From NCBI GenBank assembly GCA_042408215.1, contig JAYFMW010000005.1, positions 512,001 to 576,000 of the forward strand: DNA of 64,000 bases. The letters are read 5' to 3'. The notes beneath the pieces were generated by a model. That model ran no database searches. It saw only the letters and a program-made list of their open reading frames with translations, and was not told the origin of the DNA. This DNA is from Microcoleus sp. (GTDB lineage: Bacteria; Cyanobacteriota; Cyanobacteriia; Cyanobacteriales; Microcoleaceae). Made by a program: the position numbers and the translations under genes. Below are positions 11,408 through 22,450 of this stretch, one piece after another (position 1 is the stretch's first letter; each line of letters begins with the position of its first letter).

Positions 11408-14400
11408 ATGAAAGCAGTTTTTAACTTAGCTGTACCTCCTACCTGCTTTAAGGTTTTGTTGGTTGAAGACAACGCTTATGAAGCAGAACTGATTGAAGAT
11501 TTGCTGTCAGGAATTACCGATCGCCAGCAGATAGCGTTGACGAAAGTAGAGCGCCTCAGTGAAGCGCTGCTGCGATTGAATCAAGAAACTTTTGACGTAA
11601 TTTTATTAGATCTTTCACTTCCAGACAGTCTGGGAATTGAGACAGTAGCTAGGGTGCAAGAGTACGGGGTAAATGTGCCGATTGTGGTGCTGACTGGTCA
11701 AAATGACGAAGCGCTCGCCCTGCGGTTAATCTCGGTGGGCGTACAGGATTATTTAGTAAAAAGAAAAATAGACAGCGAACTTTTAATGCGCTCGATCCGT
11801 TACGCGATCGAGCGCCAAAACAGCCAAGATGCTTTGCGAAAAAGTGAAGAAAAATATCGCTCCGTAGTTGAAAATTCTCTGATCGGAATTGCCATCATTG
11901 CCCCAATTATTGACCAGAAAATTCCTGAACATTGCAACTGGATAGAAGTTAACGATGCGTTGTGCCATTTGCTGGGCTACGAGCGCGATGAACTCATGCA
12001 AAAAAACAGGTTGGAGTTGACTCATCCAGAGGACTGTAGCAATAACATTGAACAATTATCTCAAATTTTAGCAGGTACGAGCGACGGGTACATCTCAGAC
12101 AAAAGGTGGCTGCGAAAAGACGGCGAAATAGTTTACACGCGAGTTTCTCTGCGCTGCATTCGTCGTCGGGATGGAGCGATCGATCGGATGATTAAAGTAG
12201 TGTTGGACGTGAGCGATCGCTACCGCTACGAATCCCAACTCAAAGCATCAGAGCAATTTTTAAACCACACGATCAATGTCATTCCCGACCCAATTTTTGT
12301 TAAAGACGAGCAACACCGCTGGATGATCTTAAATGATGCTTTTTGTCAGTTGCTTGGAAAACCGCGACAAGAACTCATCGGCAAATCAGATTATGACTTT
12401 TTCCCCAAATCAGAAGCCTCTGTTTTTTGGGAAAAAGATCGAGAAGTATTAACAACTGGCATCGCTGCGGAAATCGAAGAAAATTTTACCAACAGCCAAG
12501 GCAAAGAATATATTATATCCACAAAAAAAACTGTCTTTCAAAATACAGATGGGAGTAAAATATTAGTAGGTACTATTCGAGATATCACTGAATACAGACA
12601 CCAACAAATAGCCCTGGAAAAAAGCGAAGCTAGATTTCAAAAACTGGTAGCCAACCTGCCGGGAGCAATTTATCAATTACGAGTCTCAGCCAGCGGAGCA
12701 AAATCTTTTCCTTATGTATCTTCAGGCTGCCGCGAACTCTACGAATTAGAGCCTGAAGTAATAGAGGAAAATGCGGAACAGGTTTTCAGCAGAATTCATG
12801 CAGACGACATCTCAGACTTAGAAGAATCCATCGCAATTTCTGCCGCTACCATGCAGCCTTGGCAGCAGCAGTGGCGGTACGTCTTGCCATCAGGAAAAAT
12901 TAAGTGGCTGCAAGGAGCTTCGAGACCAGAAATGCTGAATAATCAGGCAAAAAATGGAAATCGAGCTGATATTGTCTGGGACGGTTTAGTGATGGATATT
13001 ACTGAATTGAAGCAGGCACAAACAGAGCGCGATCGCTTCTTTACCATCTCCTTAGACTTGCTTTGTATTATCGGTTTTGACGGTTATTTCAAACGCTTAA
13101 ATCCCGCTTGGTCAAATGCCCTTGGCTACAGCAGTGCTGAACTTTTTGCTAAGCCGATGCTGGAATTTGTTCATCCAGACGATCGAGAAGCCACCGCAGC
13201 GGAGAGCCAAAAGCTCATAGCCGGTAGGTCCAGTATCTGCTTTGAAAACCGCTATCTCTGCAAAGATGGTTCTTACAAATGCCTGCTGTGGACGGCATCG
13301 CCATTTAGTGAAGAAGGCTTAATCTACTCCGTCGGCCACGACATTACTTCCCGCAAACAAGCAGAGTCCACACTCCAGCGGCAAGCAGTAGCAATGGCCG
13401 CTGCTTATGACGGTATCGCCATCCTCAATGCTAGTGAAGAATATATTTATTTAAATCACGCTTATCTGAAAATGTATGGATTTTCTAATCCATCAGAATT
13501 GTTGGGTAAAAGCTGGAAAATCCTCTATCAAGCATCTGAATTTCAACAGTTTGAACAACAAATAATGCCTGCTATCCAGCAAAAAGGATACTGCAACATA
13601 GAAGCTACTGGCCAGCGCCGAGATGGTACTACTTTCCCTCAAGAACTGTCGATGACAATGCTTGCAGATGGCGAGATAATTTGTATTGTTCGCGATATTA
13701 CCGGCAGAAAACAAGCAGAGTCAGCGCTGCGAGCGAGCCAGCGCCGCTACCAAACTTTAGCAGAAGCATCGCCAGTTTGCATATTCCACACCGACGTATT
13801 TGGAAATTGCCTGTACGTCAATCAGCGGTGGAGCGAAATCACAGGAATGAGTTCAGAATTAGCAGCAGAAACAGGCTGGTTGAACGCGATATATCCAGAT
13901 GACACGGAGCGGGTGAAAGCTGAATGGTATCAGGCTGTAATTGACAAGATTCCTTTTAAGTCTGAATATCGCTTTCAGCGTCCAGATGGTACTGTAAGTT
14001 GGGTGATTGGTCAGGCCGTAGCAGAAGTCGGAGATGGTGATGAAATTAAAGGCTACATTGGTACTATTACTGATATTAGCGATCGCAAACAAGCAGAATT
14101 AGACCTACTGCGCGTTACTCAAGCCGTGGAAAGCACCAGCGATGCGATCGGGATTGCTGACTTGAAAGGGCGATCGATCTATCATAATCAAGCCTTTATT
14201 CAGCGGTACGGCTATACAGCAGCAGAACTCAACGCCGCCGGCGGAGCAATGGTCATCTACCCCAAAAATAAAGTGCTGGTAGAAATGTTGAAAACCATTC
14301 GCAAAGGCAAATCTTGGAAAGGCGAAATCAAAATCAAAACTCAAAGTAACGAACTGGTAACAACTTTATTTAGAGCCGACAGTATTAAAGATGCAACTGG

Positions 14401-16600
14401 CAATTTAATCGGGCTAGTCGGAGTAATTACCGACATCACCGAACGCAAAAAAGCCGACATGGCCCTGCTACGGCAATTAAAGCGAGAACGCCTGGTAGTT
14501 GCTATGCTCGATCGCATTCGCTCTTCTCTCAATTTAGAAGAAGTATTAACTACGGCGGTGGAAGAAGTGCGGCAATTTTTGCAAACAGACCGCACAGTTA
14601 TTTACCGCTTAAATCCCGATTGGAGTGGCGTGGTAGTTGTCGAGTCCGTTGCCCCACATCGGCGATCGCTGCGGAACTTAAACCTTGACGACCCCTGCTT
14701 TGGACAGCAGTTTGTTGCTCTTTACCAACAAGGTTGGATTCGAGCTGTAGAAGATATTTACAGTGCCAATCTCAGTGAATGTCACATGGATTTTCTCAAC
14801 AAATTTGAAGTAAAAGCCAACTTAGTAGTTCCGATTTTACAAGCAAAAGAAAACATTGAGAATCCTCTATCGATCGCAGAAAATCCGCTCTGGGGACTGC
14901 TGATCGCCCACGATTGCAGCCATTCACGTTCTTGGGATTCCTCAGAAATCGAATCCCTCAGACAATTGTGCGTGCAATTGGCGATCGCCATCCAGCAATC
15001 GACACTATTTCAACAAGCACAAACCGAAATAGCCGATCGCAAACAAGCAGAATCCGCCCTCCAACAAGCCGTATTAGCCGCCGAAACCGCCAACCTGGCA
15101 AAAAGCGAATTTCTCGCCAACATGAGCCACGAACTCCGCACACCTTTAAACGGCGTTTTAGGTTACGCTCAAATCCTCAAAACAGATAAAACTTTAAACC
15201 CCGATCACCAAGAAAGTCTCAGCAACATTCAACAGTGCGGTCAACACCTGCTGATGTTAATCAACGATGTTTTAGACCTCTCCAAAATCGAAGCTAGGAA
15301 AATGGAACTCTACCCCGCAGAGTTAAATTTTACTAACTTTATTAAAAACATTGCCAACCTCTTCCAGATGCGGGCTGCCCAAAAAGGCATTATTTTCTGT
15401 TACGAACAAGTCTCTTCCCTGCCTAACTACGTCTATGTCGATGAAAAAAGATTGCGCCAAGTGATCGTAAATTTACTCAGCAATGCCGTGAAATTTACTA
15501 ACAGCGGTGGAGTAACTTTCAAAGTCGGCTATGTCGGCACAGAAGCCTGGAGGCTGGGAGGAGAAAATTGTGAATTATCGATTTTGAGTGAGGAACTGAA
15601 ACAGAATTATCTGCGCTTCGCCCACAGCGCACTCGCAGCTAAACACACTCTCAAAATTCGTTTTCAAGTCGAAGATACTGGCATTGGAATAGAGCAAAAT
15701 AAGTTAGAAGAAATATTTTTTCCGTTCCACCAAGTAGCCGGCAATACATTTGTTGAAGGTACAGGCCTCGGACTTTCAATCAGCCGGAAATTAGCTAAAA
15801 TGATGGGTAGCGAAATTCACGTCAAAAGCACCTTGGGCCAAGGTAGCATTTTCTGGCTGGACTTAGAGTTTGCCGCACCCAAACGGTACTCGAAAGTGGC
15901 TCCTTTGCCGAAAAAACGCTGGGTTGTCGGGTTTGTCGGCAACAAGCGCAAAGTGCTGATCGTGGACGACTATCAAATAAATCGCGACTTATTACGCCGG
16001 CTGCTGGTGCGTTTGGGATTTGAAGTTGCAGAGGCCGAAAACGGTCAAGAATGCCTCTGCAAAGCAGTGGAATTTCAACCCGATTTGATTTTAATGGATT
16101 TGTTCATGCCTGTAATGGACGGCTTGGAAACTGCGAGGCGAGTGCGACAGTTGCCTGAATTAAAAGATGTGGTGTTAATTGCCCTGTCAGCTAGTGTTTC
16201 CGAGAACACGCAACAAGAGAGTCTGATCGCAGGCTACAATCATTTTCTCCCCAAGCCGATCGAAGCAAATCAGTTTTTGGAACAGTTGCGCGTGCATTTA
16301 GGACTAGAATGGATTTACGAGGAATGTTCCGATCGCCCAGAGCGTCCAGCTTCAAGTTTATCAGATGCTACTGATTTTCCGCCTTATGCTTCTCTGTCAC
16401 CTACGGCTTCTGAGTCGATCGCAATGCTGGTGAAACTCGCAGCTATGGGCGACATCGAAGGCATCTTTGATGAGAGTGCTAAACTTGAAAGTTTAGAACA
16501 CAAATTAGTGCCGTTTGTCAACCGCTTGCGCCAACTTGCTAAAGGATTTCAGCTTAAACAAATTCGGAATATTTTAAAGCAGTATATTGATGGTCATTAG
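11408..16600 (+). CDS. Multi-sensor hybrid histidine kinase: REC-7xPAS-GAF(CBCR)-HisKA-HATPase-REC
   Basis: Seven PAS/PAC units ending in DIT/DIS/DVS motifs; GAF with DPCF and CH motifs; MSHELRTP H-box; C-terminal receiver VLIVDD...LMDLFMP. Confidence 0.92.
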   Translation: MKAVFNLAVPPTCFKVLLVEDNAYEAELIEDLLSGITDRQQIALTKVERLSEALLRLNQETFDVILLDLSLPDSLGIETVARVQEYGVNVPIVVLTGQNDEALALRLISVGVQDYLVKRKIDSELLMRSIRYAIERQNSQDALRKSEEKYRSVVENSLIGIAIIAPIIDQKIPEHCNWIEVNDALCHLLGYERDELMQKNRLELTHPEDCSNNIEQLSQILAGTSDGYISDKRWLRKDGEIVYTRVSLRCIRRRDGAIDRMIKVVLDVSDRYRYESQLKASEQFLNHTINVIPDPIFVKDEQHRWMILNDAFCQLLGKPRQELIGKSDYDFFPKSEASVFWEKDREVLTTGIAAEIEENFTNSQGKEYIISTKKTVFQNTDGSKILVGTIRDITEYRHQQIALEKSEARFQKLVANLPGAIYQLRVSASGAKSFPYVSSGCRELYELEPEVIEENAEQVFSRIHADDISDLEESIAISAATMQPWQQQWRYVLPSGKIKWLQGASRPEMLNNQAKNGNRADIVWDGLVMDITELKQAQTERDRFFTISLDLLCIIGFDGYFKRLNPAWSNALGYSSAELFAKPMLEFVHPDDREATAAESQKLIAGRSSICFENRYLCKDGSYKCLLWTASPFSEEGLIYSVGHDITSRKQAESTLQRQAVAMAAAYDGIAILNASEEYIYLNHAYLKMYGFSNPSELLGKSWKILYQASEFQQFEQQIMPAIQQKGYCNIEATGQRRDGTTFPQELSMTMLADGEIICIVRDITGRKQAESALRASQRRYQTLAEASPVCIFHTDVFGNCLYVNQRWSEITGMSSELAAETGWLNAIYPDDTERVKAEWYQAVIDKIPFKSEYRFQRPDGTVSWVIGQAVAEVGDGDEIKGYIGTITDISDRKQAELDLLRVTQAVESTSDAIGIADLKGRSIYHNQAFIQRYGYTAAELNAAGGAMVIYPKNKVLVEMLKTIRKGKSWKGEIKIKTQSNELVTTLFRADSIKDATGNLIGLVGVITDITERKKADMALLRQLKRERLVVAMLDRIRSSLNLEEVLTTAVEEVRQFLQTDRTVIYRLNPDWSGVVVVESVAPHRRSLRNLNLDDPCFGQQFVALYQQGWIRAVEDIYSANLSECHMDFLNKFEVKANLVVPILQAKENIENPLSIAENPLWGLLIAHDCSHSRSWDSSEIESLRQLCVQLAIAIQQSTLFQQAQTEIADRKQAESALQQAVLAAETANLAKSEFLANMSHELRTPLNGVLGYAQILKTDKTLNPDHQESLSNIQQCGQHLLMLINDVLDLSKIEARKMELYPAELNFTNFIKNIANLFQMRAAQKGIIFCYEQVSSLPNYVYVDEKRLRQVIVNLLSNAVKFTNSGGVTFKVGYVGTEAWRLGGENCELSILSEELKQNYLRFAHSALAAKHTLKIRFQVEDTGIGIEQNKLEEIFFPFHQVAGNTFVEGTGLGLSISRKLAKMMGSEIHVKSTLGQGSIFWLDLEFAAPKRYSKVAPLPKKRWVVGFVGNKRKVLIVDDYQINRDLLRRLLVRLGFEVAEAENGQECLCKAVEFQPDLILMDLFMPVMDGLETARRVRQLPELKDVVLIALSASVSENTQQESLIAGYNHFLPKPIEANQFLEQLRVHLGLEWIYEECSDRPERPASSLSDATDFPPYASLSPTASESIAMLVKLAAMGDIEGIFDESAKLESLEHKLVPFVNRLRQLAKGFQLKQIRNILKQYIDGH

Positions 16601-16666
16601 TCATTAGTCATTAGTCATTAGTCATTAGTTATGAGTCATTAGTTATTAGTTATTGGTTATTGGTTG
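16593..16666. repeat. STRR (GTCATTA/GTTATTG) tandem repeats between convergent genes
   Basis: Directly visible heptamer run. Confidence 0.85.
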
Positions 16667-17195
16667 TCAGTTGCAATTCCCCGGCAAAAGATGGCACTGG
16701 CAATAACTGTTCCGGTTCGTCAAACACCTCAGTTGATTGAGTCGGTCGATCTACAAAAACCGACTGATCCTCTGGATCAATTAACCAACCCATTTGAGTT
16801 CCGTGTTTCAGGCAATGTAAAATAATTTTAGTAACTTTAGTTTGGCTTTGGTCGGGGGAGAGGATTTCACTTGTCCAATCCGGGGCGATCGCAAACACAT
16901 TTGCCACACCCCCATTTTCTTTACGGGGAATCCGCTCCCAAGTGAATACTGTCACGTCTGGAACGATCGCACGACCGCCAAAAATGCACCGTAGTTCTGG
17001 AAATGCTCGCGCCATCTTTTGAGGTTTGAGAACAGCATTAGCAGCGCTTGTCAGCTCGCCTTGAATGACACTGTGTTCTCCTTGAGGCATGGGTTTTTGA
17101 ATGATTTCACCGTCAATGTACTCCCTGGCGGGTTTGGTTTCGGGCAACTTCAGAAACTCTTCGAGTGTCAGAGATTTTGGCTGGGTTTGTACCAT
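16650..17195 (-). CDS. Uma2 family (PD-(D/E)xK) putative endonuclease, C-terminus probably truncated
   Basis: LTLEEFL.LPE.KPA.EYIDG, PELRC, VPDV, PDW.EILSP motifs; ends LQLTTNNQ* inside the STRR run. Confidence 0.85.
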   Translation of the reverse strand: MVQTQPKSLTLEEFLKLPETKPAREYIDGEIIQKPMPQGEHSVIQGELTSAANAVLKPQKMARAFPELRCIFGGRAIVPDVTVFTWERIPRKENGGVANVFAIAPDWTSEILSPDQSQTKVTKIILHCLKHGTQMGWLIDPEDQSVFVDRPTQSTEVFDEPEQLLPVPSFAGELQLTTNNQ

Positions 17196-17201
17196 CCGAT
17201 T

Positions 17202-18620
17202 TTACCTGTGACATACTCCCACATCAACCTGAGTACAGGTATGATGTGGGCTTCTTGGCAGCCCGATGAAGGGTATGCAAGATTTCCTTCTGGTACGCTC
17301 ATCCATAGTTCCTACTACAGAAAGATTCCCGCTACGGCGTTTTATACTTGGGAAAATGTCCAACCCAAGTCTCTTTAAATTAATCGCGGCGTTGAGATCG
17401 CGGTCAACTATCAGAGAGTTTTGCTCATCCCAATAATCTCGGACACTGCAATCGGTGAAAATAATTTCATTCCGATAACTGAGAACCATTGAGGTATAAG
17501 CAGGTTTTTGTGGAACGACGACTGATCCAGCTTTTTCGGCTATGTATTCCAGCGTCTTGAAAAATTGACCGAACGCAGCATCGAGCCAAGACTTGTTTAA
17601 TCCTGATTTTGCTGATTGACCATTGGGAAGATAATTGCCTTCATCATCTTGCTTAACTTTATTTCGTTTAGTTAAGCTTTTTAAATTTAAATCTTCGTGA
17701 AAGAAGAACTTAGCTCCAGACCTGACAAGTTTGTGGGCCGTTTTGTAATGAAAGTCTTGGCGAGAACGCGCTATTTTTTGGTGTTGTCTCGCTTCTTTTT
17801 TGGCTAATTTCCGTCGGGACTTAGAGCCACGCTTCCGTTTGTTCCGCTTCTTTGAAATGCGGTCTAGCTTAGCTTGATTATTCCGAAGCGGTTTCAATGA
17901 AGGCAACTTTTCGCCTGACGACGTTGCTAGGTAGACAGCTTCGTGTAGTACCGCGTCTAACCCAATTGAGTTGTCCCAGTTTGGGGTAATTTTATCAGGA
18001 ATAAACTGCGGTACTGAAGCATCTTCAAGTATTATTTGGACGAACCAGCCGTCAGCCTTTCTAGTTACACTAATTTGCTTGACGGCAAACCCATCAGGGA
18101 TTGGACGGTGCATCCGAACTTTTACGATACCTAACTTTGGCAGTCGGATATAAGACCAACTCTTGCGAATTAACCTAATCCAGTCGCTGTTAGCCGTACA
18201 AAAAGTCATCGTTCGATAATCCGCTTCAGTCTTGAATCGGGGTTTACCCGATCTTCCACCCTTACTGTCTCCTATGATAAACCGCTCGAAAGCTTTGTCT
18301 ACTCGCTTAGAAATATCTTGCAGAACTGTTGAATCTACCTGCTTGAAGTCTAAAAGTTCGCCACTGTGGAAGACTTTTACCAAGTCTTTTTTGATGACTG
18401 GCAGTTGCTGCTTCTGGGAGTAGTAGTTGGGCTTTGCGCGGGGCGCAGAGATGCTAGTAACCAATGGACAAGCATTTATAGCAGTACGGTTTCTTTCCCA
18501 CCAATTAAATCTATCTCCCAATTGGCGGTTATACCAATAACGGCAAATTCTGAGCCATTGGTTAAGCGTTAGTTTTTGATTGGTGTCGGGATAGAATTGG
18601 TACTGGTAGGTTGCTTTCAT
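17202..18620 (-). CDS. tnpB: RNA-guided endonuclease TnpB
   Basis: N-terminal YQYQFYP HTH; RuvC motifs GLDAVL, HEDLNL and DRDLNAAIN; NGQSAKSGLNKSWLDAAFGQF. Likely start MKATY at 18620. Confidence 0.92.
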   Translation of the reverse strand: MKATYQYQFYPDTNQKLTLNQWLRICRYWYNRQLGDRFNWWERNRTAINACPLVTSISAPRAKPNYYSQKQQLPVIKKDLVKVFHSGELLDFKQVDSTVLQDISKRVDKAFERFIIGDSKGGRSGKPRFKTEADYRTMTFCTANSDWIRLIRKSWSYIRLPKLGIVKVRMHRPIPDGFAVKQISVTRKADGWFVQIILEDASVPQFIPDKITPNWDNSIGLDAVLHEAVYLATSSGEKLPSLKPLRNNQAKLDRISKKRNKRKRGSKSRRKLAKKEARQHQKIARSRQDFHYKTAHKLVRSGAKFFFHEDLNLKSLTKRNKVKQDDEGNYLPNGQSAKSGLNKSWLDAAFGQFFKTLEYIAEKAGSVVVPQKPAYTSMVLSYRNEIIFTDCSVRDYWDEQNSLIVDRDLNAAINLKRLGLDIFPSIKRRSGNLSVVGTMDERTRRKSCIPFIGLPRSPHHTCTQVDVGVCHR

Positions 18621-19239
18621 TGCATCACAGGCGATACGCTTCAATTAGTGTTACTCGATCAGAGAAGACTGTTTAGTGTCAAGTATATGAGTAAAGATTT
18701 TATCCATAAAGCCAGAGGAGTTTCCGTTCTCAAGTGTCATTTAGTGTTGACAACCAAGTATCGGCGAAAAGTTCTGACCGATCCAATGTTGTCTAGGCTT
18801 GAGGAGATTCTCAAGAACTTGATGGAAAAATGGGAAGGAAGGCTGATAGAATTTAATGGTGAGCGTGACCACGTACACTTGTTACTTCAATACACACCGC
18901 AAACCCAACCAAGTAAGCCGATCAACAATCTTAAGACTGTATCTAGTCGTTATTTGCGGAAAGAGTTTGTAGATGAAGTTGAAAAAGTTTACTGGAAAGA
19001 TGTTTTTTGGACAAATGGCTATTTTATTGCGACCTGTGGCGGTGTGACGGTTGAGCAATTAAAGAAGTATATTGAGGAGCAAGATAGACCTGTAGAATAA
19101 GATTTGTTCGTCTCGTCATCCATCTGTCCACTGCTCAAAGCTATGCCTTGAGATTGTGTGCAGATGGAATCCTCGTCTCACGCGCCTTTCATCCCACACT
19201 AACCGAAGCGGTATAGTGTGGGGATTCCCGTCTGTTTAG
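17208..19239 (-). mobile_element. IS200/IS605-family element (IS605 type, divergent tnpA/tnpB), ~2.03 kb
   Basis: On the minus strand: TTAG|CTAAAC...AATC-CCCACACTA...TAGTGTGGG left-end hairpin, and GAAG-CCCACATCA...TGATGTGGG-AGTATG-TCAC right end. The guide/cleavage pairs AATC/TTAG and GAAG/TCAC follow the IS608 pairing rule. Confidence 0.88.
18687..19100 (+). CDS. tnpA: IS200/IS605 Y1 (HUH) transposase
   Basis: HLVLTTKYRR, DHVHLL (HUH), FWTNGYF, KKYIEEQ (catalytic Tyr region). Confidence 0.93.
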   Translation: MSKDFIHKARGVSVLKCHLVLTTKYRRKVLTDPMLSRLEEILKNLMEKWEGRLIEFNGERDHVHLLLQYTPQTQPSKPINNLKTVSSRYLRKEFVDEVEKVYWKDVFWTNGYFIATCGGVTVEQLKKYIEEQDRPVE

Positions 19240-19369
19240 CTAAAATAGGATCTTCACCTGCTATTTTACCAAAAATTGCCCTCCTCGCGCGAGGGGTTGG
19301 TCTACTTAAGTAAATTCACTTAATTAAACCTAAGATACAGATGGCTAAAAAGCTTGCTATATGAGCATT

Positions 19370-19571
19370 ATTCCTTCTTTTGATCCGCTCGCGAAGTCGA
19401 AGGGTCTTCTTTTTACCCGATCGCGAAGCCGAAGGGCGTTCTTCCTTCTTCCTTCTTCCTGAAGCGCTTGGGCCAGCGTAGTCGAAGGACCTTCATCCTT
19501 CATCCTTGATCCTTCATCCTTCATCCTTGATCCTTGATCCTTCATCCTTCATCCTTCTTCCTTCTTCCTTC
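19370..19571. repeat. Cluster of STRR (TTCATCC/TTGATCC/TTCTTCC) and short dispersed repeats (GAAGTCGAAGG/GTAGTCGAAGG)
   Basis: Directly visible; a related motif recurs at 26595-26700. Confidence 0.75.
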
Positions 19572-19650
19572 AACATCCGGCTATACCACCTTGCATCCTG
19601 CTGCTAATCTTGCTTCCATATATGAGAGACAGTTTTTGAGAGATTTGGGA

Positions 19651-21009
19651 TTGAAAATACTTTGCCTCAGCAACGGCCACGGAGAAGACGCGATCGCCCT
19701 TCGCATCTTACGGGAACTGCAACAGCACCCGCATCCACCAGAATTAGCCGTTTTTCCACTGGTGGGCGAAGGGCAAGCTTTCGCTCAACTCGAAAATGCC
19801 CGCGTCATCGGCCCGGTGCAGCGGATGCCTTCTGGCGGCTTTATCTACATGGACGGAAGAGAGTTTTTGCGCGACATCAAAGGCGGCCTGCTTCAGTTGA
19901 CAATAGCTCAATTTAAAGCCATCCGCGCTTGGGTGCGGACCCAAAAAGAGTCGGGAAATCAGAACGCCGTTATTTTAGCCTGCGGAGATATTGTGCCACT
20001 GCTGTTTGCTTGGCTGAGTGGCGCGCCCTATGCCTTTGTCGGTACCGCCAAGTCCGAGTATTATTTACGAGACGAAAACGGGCCTCTACCTCGCAAATCG
20101 CGGGGCATTAGTTGGGAAGGTTGGTCGGCCTCGGTTTATTGGCCTTGGGAGCGCTGGCTGATGACTAGAAGGCGCTGTCGCGCTGTTTTTCCGAGGGATG
20201 CCCTGACGACCGAGACTTTGGAAAAGTTCGGAATTCGGGCTTACAATCTGGGAAATCCGATGATGGACGAACTAGAACCGGAAAACCTAGCCCCCGGTTT
20301 TTACGGCGGTGACGCGGAGTTTCGGGAAATGGCTCGATCGCTCGTTATCACTTTGCTACCCGGTTCTAGAGCGCCGGAAGCTTACGCTAATTGGCCGCTA
20401 ATTCTAGAGGCTGTGGCGGCGATTTTGTCGAGTTTTGCCGATCGTTCATTGCTATTTTTAGGAGCAATTTCTCCCGAATTAAACTTAGAAGCTTTGCGAC
20501 CTATTGTAGAATCTTTCGGCTGGCGTCAAGACGGCGAAACTAGAACCCAGTGGCGAGAAGGAAGTATCTTGCGAGCCCCCATATCTAATGCCCAAGAAAT
20601 TCAGCCAGAATCTCCTAATTTCCGATTGCCTTTGACCTTTGTGCAGAGAAAGGCAACCATGATTTTGAGTCAGCACAGTTTTAAGGATTATTTGTACGAA
20701 GCCGATTTAGCCGTGGCGATGGCCGGCACCGCTACAGAACAATTTGTAGGTTTAGGAAAACCTGCGATCGCAATTCCCGGCACCGGCCCGCAATTTACTC
20801 CAGCTTTTGCCGAAGCTCAAAGTCGCCTCTTAGGGCCATCCTTAATTTTAGTTAAGCATCCCAGTGAAGTTGCCAGCGCCATGCAGTTGTTGTTACGCGA
20901 TCCCGACCGATTGCAGCTAATTGCTGAAAACGGCCAGCGCCGCATGGGAGAACCCGGTGCAGCGAGGCGGATTGCCGAGTGTTTAATTGAGCGATTTGCT
21001 GGTGGATAA
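19651..21009 (+). CDS. Lipid-A-disaccharide synthase-related GT-B protein (cyanobacterial conserved family)
   Basis: ILCLSNGHGED start, GTAKSEYY, LLPGSR.PEA, AMAGTATEQ..GLGKP. Probable TTG start at 19651. Confidence 0.8.
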   Translation: MKILCLSNGHGEDAIALRILRELQQHPHPPELAVFPLVGEGQAFAQLENARVIGPVQRMPSGGFIYMDGREFLRDIKGGLLQLTIAQFKAIRAWVRTQKESGNQNAVILACGDIVPLLFAWLSGAPYAFVGTAKSEYYLRDENGPLPRKSRGISWEGWSASVYWPWERWLMTRRRCRAVFPRDALTTETLEKFGIRAYNLGNPMMDELEPENLAPGFYGGDAEFREMARSLVITLLPGSRAPEAYANWPLILEAVAAILSSFADRSLLFLGAISPELNLEALRPIVESFGWRQDGETRTQWREGSILRAPISNAQEIQPESPNFRLPLTFVQRKATMILSQHSFKDYLYEADLAVAMAGTATEQFVGLGKPAIAIPGTGPQFTPAFAEAQSRLLGPSLILVKHPSEVASAMQLLLRDPDRLQLIAENGQRRMGEPGAARRIAECLIERFAGG

Positions 21010-21061
21010 TTATCGAATGTACGGGCTCTTCAGCCACTTTGAGATTTGAGATTTGAGATTT

Positions 21062-21259
21062 AGGACTGAGGCGAACTGGCACAGTACCATCGACTTGTAG
21101 GGTGCGTCAGAGTTTCATTATGAACGGATGATCGAGGGTTTGGGGAACTGACGCACCTTACTAATTGTGACACTTCCGCCTAAGTCATGAGATTGTTTGT
21201 AGTCAGGACTTTAGTCCTCCCGTCACTCCGATCGAACCCTAAAGTCCTCACTACAAACT
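21062..21259. repeat. Stacked REP/MITE-like inverted repeats
   Basis: GTAGGGTGCGTCAG...CTGACGCACCTTAC lies inside an imperfect outer inverted repeat (GACTGAGGCG.../...CGCCTAAGTC), followed by TTTGTAGTCAGGACTTTAG...CTAAAGTCCTCACTACAAA. Confidence 0.65.
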
Positions 21260-21261
21260 AT

Positions 21262-22011
21262 TTAGGAAATCTTCCAATCCGACTTAACCAAAACTCCCGG
21301 TTCTCGCTGAATTGGCAGCACATCTAAAATATCAATTTGCGCGCAATACTTCAAATCTTCAATAACTCCTAAACCGAGGAGTCTCTGGCCGTGACTGGCG
21401 CACTCCAGCAATTCATGCAATTGATTTTGCCACTGGAGATACAGCGCAATTGCTGCAAATACTTCATCGTTACCAGCAAAATCTATAGCAGGAATACCAC
21501 TTTCTGTCAAGAGGCTGTGGGCGATCGCCCCAGCACACACAGTATCTTCCAACGAGTAACTCCCCTCCCAGCCAGAACCAACTATCCCAATAGTTTCTGG
21601 CTGTTTATCTAACAAAAACTGCACAACTGCTTTACGATTAATTAAAGCTGCTGTTAAAACTGTTGGGCAAGCTTCCACTCTTTGCAGAGCACGAGTACCG
21701 TTAGTTGTACTAATGAAAATTCGCTTACCTTTGACCTTTTCCGGCGTGCAGTCGAAGGGGGAATTCCCCATGTCAAATCCGTCAACTTTGCCACCACCGC
21801 GCTCTCCGGCGCGAATCCGCTGGTCTGCGGGCCATTTTTCGCTCTCGGCCATCAGTTGCTCTAAGTCGCTGAAAACTTGGACAGCTTCCGCCCCATTGTT
21901 GAGAGCAGTTGCCATTGTCGTAGTCGCCCGCAGCACGTCAACCGCGATCGCACACACAGGCAAATTGTCCGTTGGGGTCAGTTCGGGAGTATGGTAAATA
22001 AAAAGCTTCAC
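21262..22011 (-). CDS. comB: 2-phosphosulfolactate phosphatase family protein
   Basis: [25 protein letters not shown] and [10 protein letters not shown] motifs. Confidence 0.92.
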   Translation of the reverse strand: MKLFIYHTPELTPTDNLPVCAIAVDVLRATTTMATALNNGAEAVQVFSDLEQLMAESEKWPADQRIRAGERGGGKVDGFDMGNSPFDCTPEKVKGKRIFISTTNGTRALQRVEACPTVLTAALINRKAVVQFLLDKQPETIGIVGSGWEGSYSLEDTVCAGAIAHSLLTESGIPAIDFAGNDEVFAAIALYLQWQNQLHELLECASHGQRLLGLGVIEDLKYCAQIDILDVLPIQREPGVLVKSDWKIS

Positions 22012-22047
22012 TTTTGGGCCACCTGCAATAAATCCTCATAGGTAATA

Positions 22048-22229
22048 TTGACACTCCTCGGCATACAGGCCCGAGGATTCTTAAGACATTTCAGTCTTAA
22101 TATCCCTATTTCTAGGGTTCCCAGGCTGACCACGTTTGCACAAAAATGTGTGTAGTCATATCTCCTCAAAAGTGTTTTGGGCGTATACTTTCCCCCAGTC
22201 CAGGGGTAGGTTTTTACATCTTGTCTGAT
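22048..22229 (-). ncRNA. Putative TnpB omegaRNA/reRNA-like structured RNA
   Basis: Lies downstream of TGGTATAGT (extended -10). Contains serial hairpins CCCC-TGGACT-GGGG, GACTAC...GTGGTC, CCCTA-GAAA-TAGGG, TTAAGAC-TGAAAT-GTCTTAA and the right-end hairpin, ending TCAA. Confidence 0.5.
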
Positions 22230-22356
22230 GCCTTTACTATACCACACACTGGTGGGTGCGTGGATATGTCTACCCAACTCCATGCGGATTTCTGACGGAG
22301 CACGAGTCGTAGAAAAAGCCGTCCTATAAGGACGGGGTTTTCAACCCAATTTTCCG
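22048..22356 (-). mobile_element. Non-autonomous IS200/IS605 derivative (no ORF): left end + promoter-like motif + structured RNA + right end
   Basis: Minus strand: left-end-type hairpin CCGTCCT-TAT-AGGACGG; right end GAAT-CCTCGG...CCGAGG-AGTG-TCAA. Left boundary is approximate. Confidence 0.75.
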
Positions 22357-22450
22357 ATCGTAGAAATTGACACCCCTAAATAACTAAAGCCAACATCCGT
22401 TAAATCCGTTACATCCGTACACAATCCGTTGCCGAACTTCCTTCGCCTAT

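Noticed and set aside
22008..22283. 91-aa ORF upstream of comB
   Set aside because: Runs across the IS-derived structured element and has no recognisable protein motif.
17208..22356. Mini-element at 22048 as a deletion derivative of the neighbouring IS605
   Set aside because: Hairpins and right-end tetramers differ (GAAT/TCAA versus GAAG/TCAC).
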